Source: a virus
Taxonomy: Duplodnaviria > Heunggongvirae > Uroviricota > Caudoviricetes
Virus record (IMG/VR): IMGVR_UViG_3300042519_000302
DNA: 64,000 nt
Strand: one strand, 5' to 3'
Shown here: in pieces, positions 12,201 through 21,800 of the stretch
Position numbering within the stretch: the stretch's first letter is position 1
Layout: every line of letters starts with the position of its first letter
The notes under the pieces: generated by a model
Database searches by the model: none
What the model was told of the DNA's origin: nothing
What the model saw: only the letters and a program-made list of their open reading frames with translations
Made by a program: the position numbers and the translations under genes

Positions 12201-15200
12201 ATATCTGTATTGTTGTTCTGTAAATAAGATGTAAGTCCAGGTATAACGTTGTCCTCATTTGCTGAGGTAACAATTACACCAAGTATATTATCCTTATTAG
12301 GGAATGAGTTGAACTTGTTACCAAAGAAGTTTGCACGCTCATAGCCTAGTATATTCTTACTAGCAATAGAAGATGTAACTAATATCTTTGGACCTTTCTT
12401 AGAGATAGGTTCATACTTATCACTGTATGGAGCATTGTCTAATTTCTCTTTACTTAATGTACCAATAACTGCATTGATAAGTTTACTATCAGCTTTTAAT
12501 TGTTTCTCTTGCTCTTGTTGTTTTTTGTAAGTTTCTGCCACTGCTTCAAACTTATTGAGAATCAACTCTTTAGCTTGTAGTTCTTGCTCAACTTCTTTAA
12601 GTTGAGTTTGCAATGCTTCTAACTCTCCTCTAAGCTCACCAATTGTACGCTCATTAGGAATAACATCTATTTCATCAATGTTTGCAATATCTCGTTCAAA
12701 CTCAATAAGATCATTTAATAGATCTGGATTAGCTTGTAAATAAGTTTCATAGGTAGATGTTCTATTGCTAGGCTCATACCCTACAACCATTGTAGTGTTT
12801 AAGAAATCTCTAATACCTTGAGGAGTGTATGGCAAGTTTGGATACTTAGCTTCAAACTTCTTAATTAAATCTAAAGCAAAATCAATAGCTGTTTTCAAAG
12901 CACCATCTACAAGATCTATTAACTTAGAGATAGAATTAATATTTAATCCTGTCTCTATAAGCATATCTTGAAGGTCAGTAGTCTGTTCTTTTAAGTCTTG
13001 GATTAACTCTTCTCCACCTGGAACTTCGTCAATGTTCTGAGCCATGTCAGCAACATATGCTTGATTAAACTCAAGTTGTTCTTGTTCTGCTCTTAAACTT
13101 TCAAGTTCACTAGTCAATTGTTCTTTCATTCTTGAAAGCTTAACAGCACTAGCAACAGCTTTGGCTGTAGTTCTCTTGAATGCTTTTGTTTTTGTAAGCT
13201 CTCCTTTACTTATCTTTTCTTCTAACTCAACTAAGTCAGCAACAATTTTATTAAATTGTTCTTGCTTTTGTTTTATTAAATTTGTAGTCTTTTGTAAATT
13301 ACCAGATACCTCATCAAATAACTCACCTAATATCTTAAGTCTACCAGCTCTTTTTGCGTCTACTCTATCATCTACTGCTGCTATAAATTCTTCTTGAGCT
13401 TGTTGTTGAACAGCAGTTAACTTTCCTACAGGCATAATCATAGCCTCGTTGAACCCTGGCTTAGCTACAAACTGATCATTAGTAATCTCAATGGTCTTGA
13501 TTCTACCTTTGGCATCTTTATAAACAAAGTTTAGTACATTGTCTTTTGTAGAGTATTCTAATCTACCAGGTTTCTTTCCACCATTCTTTGCACCAAAGTT
13601 AAATTCATAAGTTACATTAGCATGTTCTAAAAAGTACTTAGCCTTCTTATTATTCAAGGTGTCAGACACTTTGCCTAATTTATAATCAGCTAACTCTTCT
13701 TTAGATACATCTCTTATAACACCATTAGAATCTTTTATCTTAATAGTCCCATCTCCATTATCTCCAAGAATAGTTAATCTAGGAAAGCCATATACCTTTT
13801 CACCACCTTTGCTATACCCCACTCTTCTACCTAAGAAGTATTCAGTACCCACTTCTATGTTTTCTTCACCATCTTTAGTCTTAACTGTAACAGTTTCTTT
13901 TGGAGCTGTTTCATCTATAACAGTTTCATCCATACTCTGTTCAGTGCTATACTTACTAGGATTTTTCTTTATATCACTATATTCAAATAAGAAGTTGTCT
14001 CTACGCAAAGCTAGCTCTGCAACATCTTCTAATGTTTGAATTAATTCATCTTCATTAATAGACTTTGATGCCTTAACTTTTTCAACAGCTGCTATATAAG
14101 AATCACTGTTACCAGTAGTTAAATCATTAACAATACTAGTAGTATCAATACCTACACTATCTAATACTCCCATTAACTGAGGAAGTCTCTCATCATAGTC
14201 TGCTACCTTGGTTGCAGCATATATCATCTGATCCATCACCTTTTGTGAATAGACAGGTTTACCATCAGTATTTATTAATCCACCATAACGTACGTCTAAT
14301 GATTGATATAATGATTTGATGTTCTCAGCAGTTGTTTCTAAATTAGTTAATCTCTGTAAGTATGCTTCTTTAGTATCTGTATCTAATGCTTTACCTTCTG
14401 CTTGTAATTCAGCAAAACCTTCATCAGTTGCTGCTTGTTTTTTATAGTCATTAATGTCACTTTGAACAAGATCAAATCTACCATACTTAATTCTAGGAGT
14501 TAAGTAGTTGATTATATAATCACGCTCTAGGTCTTTGCTTTCTAAAACATCACCTCTTCTCAATGCTTGTTCTCTTTCCTCTTGTATAGTTGTACCTCTA
14601 TTGACAGAACCTCTTAACTCTTTAGTAAAGTCAGATAGATTAGTTTTGTTGAATCCACTAATAGCAGCCTGAGTATTTTTTGAAATTTCTTTTGCTTCAG
14701 AATACTTGCCACGACCTAACATAAGTGCTCCAGACAATCCTCCAATAAGAACATTCTCCATACCCTCATTAGTAGTCAAGGTTTGAGTAATACCTTCAGC
14801 CATACTATCTAACCAACTTGTTGGTTCATTATTGTATTTCTTATTGTAATAATTTTCTGTAGTTTTACCAATTGCATATTGTGCACCTTCTTCAAATGCT
14901 TCAGAAGCAGAGAAGGTATATGGTCTTATCTTGTTTAGAGTAGACAAGATTTTTCCAAATCTATTAGGAGCTGCTATGTATTTACCAGCAGCATCTGTTG
15001 TAACTTCACCAATCTCTTTTGTAAGAGAATTGATAATACCTTTCTCTCCCTTATATGTAGCTCCTAATATTTTAGGAAATTGAATATAGTTAGTAGCAGT
15101 CAATAAACCAACATTAGCAAAATAAGAATTGTTACCTACTTCTTCAGCAGCCTGATTAATTTTTGCTAAGTCTTCTCCTATAGGTTCATCACCACCATTG

Positions 15201-16129
15201 GCAGCTTTGTATTCTTGTATCTTCTTATTTCTAAAATCATTAAGATTATGGTATGCTTCAAAGCCAGCCTCACCCACTGTACCTAATGCAGCAACAGTAA
15301 TTTGTCCTCCTCTACCCAATGAAGAATAAGAAGACAAAAACTTATCAGAAAGACCTTTAAGTTTACCATATGTAGAAGCAGCTTTATCTGCAGCAATTAA
15401 TGCTTCTTCTGAAGCAGCAAGAGCCTCTGCTCCTTTGCCCATTGAAAATAATCTAGCTGTAAGTGGAATTGATTTCAAAGCAGCAGCATATGCTCCTCCA
15501 GATAATGCAGCACCTGCAGCAAAACCTAAATTCTTAACAACACCATCCCAAAGAAAGTTAGCACTAAATAATTTGCTTGGAGAATACCAATTGGCTTCTC
15601 TCTCATCAGTTTTATAATAGTTAGGTAATATATCTTCAGAAGCTTTTACAATCTTTTCATCTAAAAATCTATTCATCTCATTGTCATAAAGACTTGCAAA
15701 TCTTCCATCTTGACCCCATCTAATTATTCCATTTACTAATCCTACAGTAGATTGTAAGAATGTAGTTCCTGTTAGAACTAATCCTTTACCTACACCATTA
15801 ACCATTTTGTTAGCCCATCCTTGTCCTTGGGCATATGCATCTTCATTATTATAATCTCCAGGCATGAAGTTATCAAATCTATTAGAACTAGCTTCTGCTA
15901 ATGTTCTAGATATAGAACCACTAGTTTGTCTTCCTAAAGCATTAGATGGTGTAAGCACTTTATTCTCCCAAGCACTAAGAGCAGAAGGAGTAGGTTCTCC
16001 ATCAAGACTTGGCATACTACTATCTAGTCCTCTGAATGGAACAGAAGGTTGACCTTCTGCTATAGGAGGTCTATAATCGTTGAACTTAGTTTCCAATAAA
16101 GATCTATCTATTAAAGGAGTATCTGCCAT
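3263..16129 (-). CDS. Giant 4288-aa virion cargo/ejection protein. It carries a DFDID motif (aa 3429-3433, nt 5831-5845) of the type in the metal-binding loop of double-psi beta-barrel RNA polymerases, as reported for crAss-like virion RNAPs. It also carries an HEVFH zincin-like motif (aa 2060-2064, nt 9938-9952). There are N-terminal Gly/Ala-rich hydrophobic 'glycine-zipper' segments and long coiled-coil stretches.
   Basis: A single uninterrupted 12.9-kb ORF. I located the motifs by direct back-translation of the DNA. Its position at the distal end of the late operon next to other huge proteins matches the crAss-like cargo/virion-RNAP block. The RNAP assignment is inference from one short motif. 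Confidence 0.6.
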   Translation of the reverse strand: MADTPLIDRSLLETKFNDYRPPIAEGQPSVPFRGLDSSMPSLDGEPTPSALSAWENKVLTPSNALGRQTSGSISRTLAEASSNRFDNFMPGDYNNEDAYAQGQGWANKMVNGVGKGLVLTGTTFLQSTVGLVNGIIRWGQDGRFASLYDNEMNRFLDEKIVKASEDILPNYYKTDEREANWYSPSKLFSANFLWDGVVKNLGFAAGAALSGGAYAAALKSIPLTARLFSMGKGAEALAASEEALIAADKAASTYGKLKGLSDKFLSSYSSLGRGGQITVAALGTVGEAGFEAYHNLNDFRNKKIQEYKAANGGDEPIGEDLAKINQAAEEVGNNSYFANVGLLTATNYIQFPKILGATYKGEKGIINSLTKEIGEVTTDAAGKYIAAPNRFGKILSTLNKIRPYTFSASEAFEEGAQYAIGKTTENYYNKKYNNEPTSWLDSMAEGITQTLTTNEGMENVLIGGLSGALMLGRGKYSEAKEISKNTQAAISGFNKTNLSDFTKELRGSVNRGTTIQEEREQALRRGDVLESKDLERDYIINYLTPRIKYGRFDLVQSDINDYKKQAATDEGFAELQAEGKALDTDTKEAYLQRLTNLETTAENIKSLYQSLDVRYGGLINTDGKPVYSQKVMDQMIYAATKVADYDERLPQLMGVLDSVGIDTTSIVNDLTTGNSDSYIAAVEKVKASKSINEDELIQTLEDVAELALRRDNFLFEYSDIKKNPSKYSTEQSMDETVIDETAPKETVTVKTKDGEENIEVGTEYFLGRRVGYSKGGEKVYGFPRLTILGDNGDGTIKIKDSNGVIRDVSKEELADYKLGKVSDTLNNKKAKYFLEHANVTYEFNFGAKNGGKKPGRLEYSTKDNVLNFVYKDAKGRIKTIEITNDQFVAKPGFNEAMIMPVGKLTAVQQQAQEEFIAAVDDRVDAKRAGRLKILGELFDEVSGNLQKTTNLIKQKQEQFNKIVADLVELEEKISKGELTKTKAFKRTTAKAVASAVKLSRMKEQLTSELESLRAEQEQLEFNQAYVADMAQNIDEVPGGEELIQDLKEQTTDLQDMLIETGLNINSISKLIDLVDGALKTAIDFALDLIKKFEAKYPNLPYTPQGIRDFLNTTMVVGYEPSNRTSTYETYLQANPDLLNDLIEFERDIANIDEIDVIPNERTIGELRGELEALQTQLKEVEQELQAKELILNKFEAVAETYKKQQEQEKQLKADSKLINAVIGTLSKEKLDNAPYSDKYEPISKKGPKILVTSSIASKNILGYERANFFGNKFNSFPNKDNILGVIVTSANEDNVIPGLTSYLQNNNTDIDPTKTIALVMVEDQGNGNFKLVGQNGQPLAEGQDKLENAVFQVMPDESLQWGPDFGNETMFRNNTPEQTRKELKEQYIAWRKETLKSPDVSLQSITPSFGRPTRVTVTLAEGKKVTDPNAAVSVKAAGLIEDKDLIEKQLIEVPTVTKDISKGSTEFTDVLGRVFLVLDNAYVKLKNRKFNSKEATTIYKVLNQLSKNVFDDKGVEARSEYLIDWLRSVTFWGKPREGKDPGYNSIWFEREDGELRLFFSGKGESLSFTPQGMETQENSIVTLLQNMYNNVNARKVQNTDEYNLSYEEIIGIGENGVPQTKDWENYQTYLLSDEGRTANEIPLFTDIAALESPEDTNREGVYFTLRDAADNFTITEVVRTVPKSVVPGGVKAKPAAPVVTQEDDDESIVIGEEGKVAPIEKKPNSKFVLDGKTKNIFITPKGTRIAFIANRNLLAQGDIDKGIKILKGEDLDKAEKAILATGVKKEGIGRALKAPIANLLNVPVKKITTTEDDDSFTIPDEADADSIVIEDEEALAPVVSDIETKKAAIKGSLAAQGTFIELEIIGDTGKEFLLTVDRKGNISLFSEKQPDGSYKSGEAATKEAVINLYKKYVPSSTILKIQKWLASFTGSWAAPETEDGKNYDKAEKALNSELAALEGGKKTPPQVTTKGPAVKSSAIKAALLEDEEGDLREILENQIGTFKSENWKKLEQWLKANLPNVPVYRVKNVIKATGGKKAWGMYKNGAIYIYTNAEAGTAYHEVFHAIWNMFSDPKERKAIVNEFKNRKGSFTDRVTGQDIKYSEATPGQIKEELAEEFREYVLDKKIPPKPTDGRPYIVKMFSDLVNFIKEYFLGPQAARNTEELFKRIGEGYYKNASPYQSKLALAKPGIIDVEDAIGDPTSEYSLIAKGLLGEQVHDTIQQMTYATLTNLIATNQSLFDIPSKSRAVIYKDAKDNLRYTVVGKIKNVAAKMINEGKASKEDVAPEVAQAEQLFAIIDKNWDEITDIFEEQLLSYSIEFDENDDTQKTNENNTGKGDYQESEKIDMFKKANAAIKLLLATIPYRNARGKRELSSINGVKLIPMSKVYVDLKNALYNSDTADDMMEKLREFVESQKPEYGVIYERLTGQPSSEKLNPYANVKTDADLQLIHSFYKVMKGQAPDVVTVYTLPDGTVVTTDMSVGTASKQIANDMESSIISSIQNNLGKYYSYDAPNKMYVSIKKNVESQPLGTLERSVAFMKSLGVDIPIRMIRKFGFETDFNNAVAGIKKNLLEAEKIKFISSKTINTAGRVKEIAEMLAKIQNPDFESTYFNLEGDRVQSFIGGNAISSLRDFLTKITNKKQLVGSRYEYLLTDNFTTGSVFMDKIFDKDSGNKLPKGNDILTTAYAGGMIDDGLGKRKDPSSLTPSERLKEELNLNLAGYYMNLVPGDASLDWANYVGNNITLNSLKKDNSPIHRIFKGYFLSELAVSREGRKIVQDENKTRKTTDLRFFKNILGQKLHDDVISYDPKKDKSLEEVYAQFEPRINNAIDAFVKRDVERRKTVYSNYNILSEDDAGFNFNGVEFEKKTALSENNVDVNIKYLAVNYMINNIELHKLVYSDPYFYKDELKRIKSFLSPRQAIIYGSAGLNAAMNNVYNEGYTDVKDIGFTKFTDDYFKTITLDDVKGIADVEGFSKEYSSFTETDGGGMITMKAYRNFRIRAANWNSNEERQYRYDVAFEKREKGKDLSDDELNLLEEGNPQVKSAYTPLKPIVAGAKMSSKSYNDVVLDKFALYPLSYRVLHEINKDSNAIKLYNKMQEADIDYAVFDSGRKVGADKLIKLYDEQGNFNDSAIKKADKINVPFSIISVQSEVPSKDEAIVTRGSQITKLVTLDFLQAGVPIDFMPTEKDFNKRLEAWEALEDEKAMSDASPLFKQILENQDLLEEMASIGYQNLLDKLGIKQTKQGFEILDPEKIAKTLRSELFKREVNRNIVAALVGFEKGQVLIEASPMYSQVRNILYSIVDKNIVRPKINGGLKVQIPSTLFESVRPVGKNGLYESNVLKFYEKGGERVAEVMVGRWFDSDMSDEELLTYLNDTPEGQALLKGVAFRIPTQKQNSVDVIKIAKFLPKEFGDSVVVPAALVQKVGSDFDIDKLSMYFKNIYKGKDGKPKLIPYFGIGKDAIKKFEEMFDKGEFLSSEQLQELDRYIAEERVLLEDLIQEKSNASKLITAMIGNLNGLVNETEITEEFTKGIKAKDQIINLLYKKSIENQYVQSLENIIGSEANYTRLVTPNNAKLLKDMSIDITDKLGLGSFDYSSTDNMLNQIFMSRLRQAFVRGKYAIGLAAVAQTNHAQNQRSNMYVDRSLMSKLSKSDRKWLGDGIVKFGKYNTVKVGSRTVPSLSGIKDANNKNDISDIIGMFIDGYVDIAKGPWIMELGANPNVAPTWLFLVKIGVPIKEVAYFMNQPIIRDYVRELENSGYTWLFNDSTVTTIKESEKYKVDQSKLQGLNSIPNLTNLEKNIGKKSFDVAGKAEQQFILNEFLKYGMMANQLFKVVQGSNFDTTSFNDPMLIFKKEEQLSQARETMISSVDNLLNNSFIGRVRIGLRDSRNAIGNTVLTSDTRRVRAVLQRVLRPYVNMADRQFVKVARKAVNDLFDWAVQIDPTFKINMERDLLSKNGTAKQITDYFNKIKNDPEHVLHNNVIINSLAPKFSGAEEERPNNLYMTGKDNKVYDQNKVIYGFEELRNYMDSTGDLPLYKKLVKLAILQSGLSTSPISFTSLIPYDDFVEEYNEILSRLETLPNLEDFATLNVFERNNWNDDEIVPHKKAQWKTEKQDDGKLKTRYDNGAIKILNTGANIAMKAGTIPQLIKISTLSRESTKDIIVYSWEEIPKGKTRAEMVKASDFSFIKKGLFKKVTENGVDPLITYNRKGYEFIVYKAINAWGDSFRANEFYDGANQSKIDNGFMKVKEASDEAIASAFMSTQKTPPVEASEIDDVLNKKDGRCKKS

Positions 16130-18741
16130 TATAAAGGTTTTTTAGAAGCTTTTTGTATTTTTTGTAGATCAGCTGCTGTTGCTGGTTTATCAGTCAATAG
16201 TTCAAATATTCCAGCATCTGTTGCTTGTTGCATTGCAGGAACTATTTGATCACGTGGTAATAATCCTTTTCTTGGAAAACTAATCTCAGGACTCCATCCT
16301 CTAGGATAATTGACACCATCAATAGTCATAGGTAAAGGATTAAATAAAGTGTATCTAATTTGATACATTCCAGGACTATTAATTGGATCAGGTTGAATAA
16401 GATTTGCTTTGGTACCAAAACTTTGTACATTAGGAAAATCTATTGGTCCTAAAAATGCATTTTCAGGTGTTGTTCTTCCATTACCATCTGTTGCTGTAGT
16501 GAACCCTCCTGTTTTATTTATTTGATCTATATAAGGAGAAGCTGCTTGTTCTGCAGGAGAATTAAAAGATACACCAAATGTTCCTTGTTTTTGTTCAGGA
16601 GTCATCATAAACTCTGTACTTACTCCTTTGTTTCCTAATACAGAAACCTTATACATAGTTGGTTGTATCTCTGTACCTTGTACAACAGTTATTCTAACAT
16701 TTGGATTATCTTGTGATGCTATGTCGTCTAGTACATCAGCATTAAAATTAGGAGAATTTGCAAAACCTCCCTGCTTTCTTCCAACACTAGCTGCAGAGGT
16801 TAACATATTTACAAGAGATCTTTTTTGTTCAGGTGTGTTTGCAGGTACACTATAACTCATTCCTTGACTTACAGTGAATTTTGTTTTAAGAGCTTCATCT
16901 ATATAGTCATTTACTTGAGTGATAGTCTTGTTATAAGGAAAGTTTACAGCATTGTTATAATTATTTAAATTATCTAAAAGAGATTTTTCTCCACCTACTG
17001 GAGCAACTTTTCCTGTCTTTACTTGGAACAAATGAAATTGTTTTGGAGAAAGTTCTTTACTAGCTCTATCATAATCATAACTTGTACTTGCTCTTCCTCC
17101 AGGTCCTGAAGGAGGAGTAACTTTTAAATACTTACTATATGCACTATTAAAATCAACAAAATCTCTTGGAGTGTATGTATATCTTTCTCCAGTGACTCTA
17201 TTTGCATAATTTACATTTGGAGCATTTTTAGGAATTAACTTATCAATACTACCATATTTATTAACTGCTTCATTTCTTAAGCCTACTAACAAACTCATAT
17301 TAGATTCTGTCTTTCTTCTTAAGGCTTCTGTAGTTTTAAAATATTCTGATATAGATGCATCCACCCCATTAGGACTTTTTTCCCAAGCTACTCTTTGTTG
17401 ATTAAACCAACTAGCATCTCTACCATTATTCTTAATGAATGCACCATCACTGTCATCTATAAATTTCTTATCTATACTAGTGGTTTCAGTTAATGTAGAG
17501 TTGTTTATTTCTGGTAATAAACTTTGATCAATAGTATCAGGAAAACCACCATAAGGTGCATTAGCTAATTTTGCTATTGCATTTGCTTCTCTAGCAATTC
17601 TATTCCCTTCTCTTTGTTCAAAAATATTATCTTTATGAATCTGAAAGGCTTGGTTGAGGGTTGCTCTTCTCATTGCCATGTCTGCCTCAGGACTAGCTTC
17701 TTTAGTTACAGAAGTTTCTGTAAATGAAAATGGTCTAGAGAAATTAATAATAGAATCTGTGCTATAAAGAGTTGCTTTAGCTCCATCCAAATTACCTGCA
17801 TCTACTTGTCCTATAAGTCTACCCTTTTCTCTATCTAAGCTTGTAATTGCTTTATCAAGATCTTTAATCTTACTTTCTATTAGTAACTTTTCACTTCCAG
17901 AATTTGTAGAAGAAAGGGCATTAGTTAGTTTTGTTTTTTGATCTACATAAAAACTTGAGTTATCTATGTATCTATCTTCTATTACTTTTTTAAAGTCTTC
18001 TGGTTTTTTAATATTAGAATATGTGTACAGTCCATCAATTTCCATCTGTCTCATAGCAGCAGGGGTTAACCCAGCTAACAATGCTTGTTGGATTTTGTCA
18101 GGAGATATTCCTGCATATTTTGTACGAGTCATAGCATCTGCTAATACTAAACTAGACTTTCCAGTGTTTGGATCTGTTACAGTGGTAAATGAATTTTCTG
18201 TAATAGTTTCATCTTTTGTAACACCTTTGATAACATCTAATGCTTCTTTTTTCCAATTTGTATAAGGTTCATATCCTCCACTGAATGTTTCTTTTATATC
18301 TCCATTAAACCATTTTTCAGTTTTTTGTTGAAGTAACAAATCATTTGAGGGAGACGTTTTACCTGCCTTTAGATATTCTTCTCTGTCTTTAATTGCCTTT
18401 TTATACTGTTGCGTAGACGAGACAGCATTTCTAACATTTTCATCTTTAATTATTTGCCCTGTCATACCAGCAACAGAATTAACCAATTGTTGATTAGAGA
18501 AGTCACCAGCTGCCACTGTCTTCAAATTGCTACCCAACTCATTAAGTTTGGACTGTAATAATTCTTTATCCTGAGGTCTAGATAGTTCTATGCCACCCAC
18601 TCTATCAATCTGATTCTGGATCTTTTGCACACCTTGGTCATATTGTGCCTGCTTTTGCATGCCAACTTGCACCATAGCCTCCACAGGGAGTTCTTGGATG
18701 TAGGGGTTAAATTGTGATATTTGATCTGTAAACGATGCCAT
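16129..18741 (-). CDS. 870-aa virion/ejection-associated protein, function unknown.
   Basis: Long ORF translationally coupled to the giant gene by a TAATG overlap at 16129. I recognised no motif. Confidence 0.6.
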   Translation of the reverse strand: MASFTDQISQFNPYIQELPVEAMVQVGMQKQAQYDQGVQKIQNQIDRVGGIELSRPQDKELLQSKLNELGSNLKTVAAGDFSNQQLVNSVAGMTGQIIKDENVRNAVSSTQQYKKAIKDREEYLKAGKTSPSNDLLLQQKTEKWFNGDIKETFSGGYEPYTNWKKEALDVIKGVTKDETITENSFTTVTDPNTGKSSLVLADAMTRTKYAGISPDKIQQALLAGLTPAAMRQMEIDGLYTYSNIKKPEDFKKVIEDRYIDNSSFYVDQKTKLTNALSSTNSGSEKLLIESKIKDLDKAITSLDREKGRLIGQVDAGNLDGAKATLYSTDSIINFSRPFSFTETSVTKEASPEADMAMRRATLNQAFQIHKDNIFEQREGNRIAREANAIAKLANAPYGGFPDTIDQSLLPEINNSTLTETTSIDKKFIDDSDGAFIKNNGRDASWFNQQRVAWEKSPNGVDASISEYFKTTEALRRKTESNMSLLVGLRNEAVNKYGSIDKLIPKNAPNVNYANRVTGERYTYTPRDFVDFNSAYSKYLKVTPPSGPGGRASTSYDYDRASKELSPKQFHLFQVKTGKVAPVGGEKSLLDNLNNYNNAVNFPYNKTITQVNDYIDEALKTKFTVSQGMSYSVPANTPEQKRSLVNMLTSAASVGRKQGGFANSPNFNADVLDDIASQDNPNVRITVVQGTEIQPTMYKVSVLGNKGVSTEFMMTPEQKQGTFGVSFNSPAEQAASPYIDQINKTGGFTTATDGNGRTTPENAFLGPIDFPNVQSFGTKANLIQPDPINSPGMYQIRYTLFNPLPMTIDGVNYPRGWSPEISFPRKGLLPRDQIVPAMQQATDAGIFELLTDKPATAADLQKIQKASKKPL

Positions 18742-18817
18742 AGTACAAAATTAATTTAAAATATTAGAATTACCAAGAGCTATAACAATTTTTAGTAATT
18801 CACTATAACTGAAATAG

Positions 18818-21800
18818 TTAGAAGTTTTTTAGAGCTTTTACAATAGAGCTATTTCTAGCCTTTATTTTCTTACCATTTTTACCCAAACCATCTAATTCAT
18901 CTATTGAAGGTTGGCCAGATTTTGGTATCCTTCTAGTTCCAATGATTTGTTGTTGGTCATCATATGTGTATCCTAGACCAGGAGCTAGTCCTCTTTGTGA
19001 TGTTCCTGCCATACTACCTGACATGTTGAATTGAGCAGGGGCATTCATATTAATAGCTCTACCACTTGGAGAGAATCTGAATCCATACATATTCTCCATA
19101 ATAGCTAGCTTTCTATTAGTAGCTCTTTGTTTTGCAGTCTTATCAGCAATAGAACTTAAAGCAGCTTGCGTTTGAGCTTTGGTATTAGATTTAGCTTCTG
19201 ATTGTCTAACGTATTGTTGATCAAGGATTCCTAAGTTTTTAAGTTGAGCATCATTTAACATAGCTCTGTTCTTATCATACACTCCCATCTTATTTGCCTG
19301 ATTGACTCTGGTTTGTTCTCCTAACACTCTGTTCTTAGCTTCTATTGCTTGGGCCATGATTATTGATTGAGCAGCAGGGTTATTACCACCAGCTCTGATA
19401 GCAGCTCTAGCTTGAGAATCAATTGCATTGATTTGATCATTCAAAGAAATATCATATGGAGTATCCAACATTGGTTGGAATTTCTGAGCCTGTACAGGTT
19501 CTAACTGATTCATAGCCATTGCATAATACTCAGGATACAATTGGTCTGGAGGTAAGTCATCATTAGCATTACTAGGTCTTAAGTAAGGTTCTATATTAGA
19601 TAGAAGAGTAGGACCATATTTATTAATGCCTTTTCCTAAAAACTGTAATGCTTTACCAGCAAATGTTTTATCATTACCTATTTCAGAAAATGCTTCAGGA
19701 ACATTACTAGAAGAAACATTAGGCAAAACATTAGAAGAAACATTAGGAAGATCTTGTGGAGTGTTCCATGTATAATTATCCTGACGACTGTCTGTTAAGT
19801 TAACTGCAGTTGGTGGAATATATTCTTGACTTTTTGTTTTTCCTTTTCCTTTTCCTTTAGACGATGAAGATGCTGCTAATTTTGCAGGTGGAGTTTTAGA
19901 TCTATTACTCTCTATGAATGCTTTTGTTAAAGTGTTTTCTTTTGTAAATGGTGTAACAGTAGTAGCTTGTGAAGGACCTTTATACATTTCTTGATTTAAT
20001 AATTGTTGCAACATTTGTGCATTGTAATTATTTGGATCTTCACTAATTGCTTTTGCTCCAAGCATTCTTGCAAATAGAGGAGGTTGAGCATTGTAGCTTT
20101 TTCTAATAACACCATCTAAAGGACCATTTGGAAGCTCTACACCTTTTTGAGCAATCATGCTTGGATCTGTTTCTTTCTCTAACTTACCTTCAGCTAACTT
20201 GTCACTCTTAACACCTAACTGTCTAGCAGTTTGATGAATAGAGTCTTGTACCAATCCTGCTTCTTTAATTTTATCAGCATTGATCTTTTGTTGTGCTTTG
20301 GCACCCATAAGATTAGCCATACCAGAATTCATACCTAATTTATCATATGAACTATTTCCATCATACTCCTCAATTAAGTCAAGTCCTTTTTGAATAGTCT
20401 TCAATTGCTTTGCATCATTCTTAGCTACATCAGCTATGTAAGTTTTAAACTTCTTACCTTTTGCTTTTGGATCTCCCATAAGGTCTGCTATTTCTTTATT
20501 AATTTTAATGTTACCAAACACAACAAGGTTCTCTTTAGATCCACCACCTTCTAGGTTATTGCCATCTTCTGAGCCATTGTCTTCTAGAACAGTAAATGGT
20601 TCACCACCTTCTACCTCTACACCATTCTCACCATACTGAGTTTGTATGCCACCATTGTCATGAGATGCTCCTCTGAACATTCCTATCTCACCACCAGGTA
20701 AGTTAGGATTGTACGATAATGTCTCTGCGTATCCACCATCTCCTATTTGTAACTCTCCACCCAATGCCATCTTTCCACCATGTTCCATAGCACCAAGTAA
20801 CATAGGTGCTTCTTGTAACATGTTCTTTAAACGACTTCTTCCTATCTTATCTATACCATATGCAGCAGCCATATTTAATCCCATCATTGGAGCAGCCATA
20901 GCTAATCCTGCAAAAGCTTTAGGCATGTCTGGTCTACCAGTGAACATAGCTTCTGCACTAGGAGCTGTATAGCCCACTTGTGCAATGTGTCCACCAGCTC
21001 TTAACATGTCTGCATCATGTGGAGGTTTTAAAAGATCTTTAGCATCATACTCACCAAACTTAGCAAACACTTGTGGCTGCCAGTCATGACTCACCCATCC
21101 ACCATGTTCTAGATTAGCATTAAGAGGACCTTGTGATCTAGCTTGTTCAAATCCCATCATGCTTGTATTCAAAGCAGTCTTATCTTTCTGTGCTTGTAAC
21201 TTTCTAGCATCTTTAGCACCACCTAATAAGTTACCTGCTACTTTACCAACTAATTCTCCTACTGCTGGAGGTAATCCAAATCCTTGAGCAACTGCTCCGC
21301 CTACAGCACTACCAATTTGTGCTTGACCTGAGTCTTGGAAGTATTCTCCAAACTCTGCTTTAGGTAAATCTCCACCATATTCATATTTACCACTTGCTAA
21401 CTTTCTCATACCTCCTGGTTCATCACTGTTAAATGGTGAACTTAATAATTGTTTATATTTAGCCAATGAATCTGGTTGTGCTGAAGTGAACCCACCTCTT
21501 CCTCCTACATACGCATTAGGATTACCACTATTAGTATTATATCTTAACATAGCAGTTGGACTATCATAAGCATAGGTTGTATCCTGTGTCATGTTAGGAT
21601 TTTGAAATATATCTCTAAATGCAGTTCCTTGATTACCGTAGGAATCAATATTAATTTTATCTCTAGAAATAAGTTTACCACCTTTCTGAAACTGTTTTAC
21701 ATTACTATCATTTAAAGGCTCATATCCAAGGTCTGAATATAGATCACCAGGATTATACATGTTTTGTATTTCAGTTGGATTACCACCTATCTGAGCTCCA

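Noticed and set aside
3486-16052. Numerous 60-126-aa plus-strand ORFs inside the giant 4288-aa gene. Similar ORFs lie inside other long minus-strand genes, for example at 20709-20972, 29023-29232 and 50334-51528.
   Set aside because: They are antisense to long, well-supported coding sequences, they lack coupling or start context, and they have low-complexity composition. I treat them as spurious.
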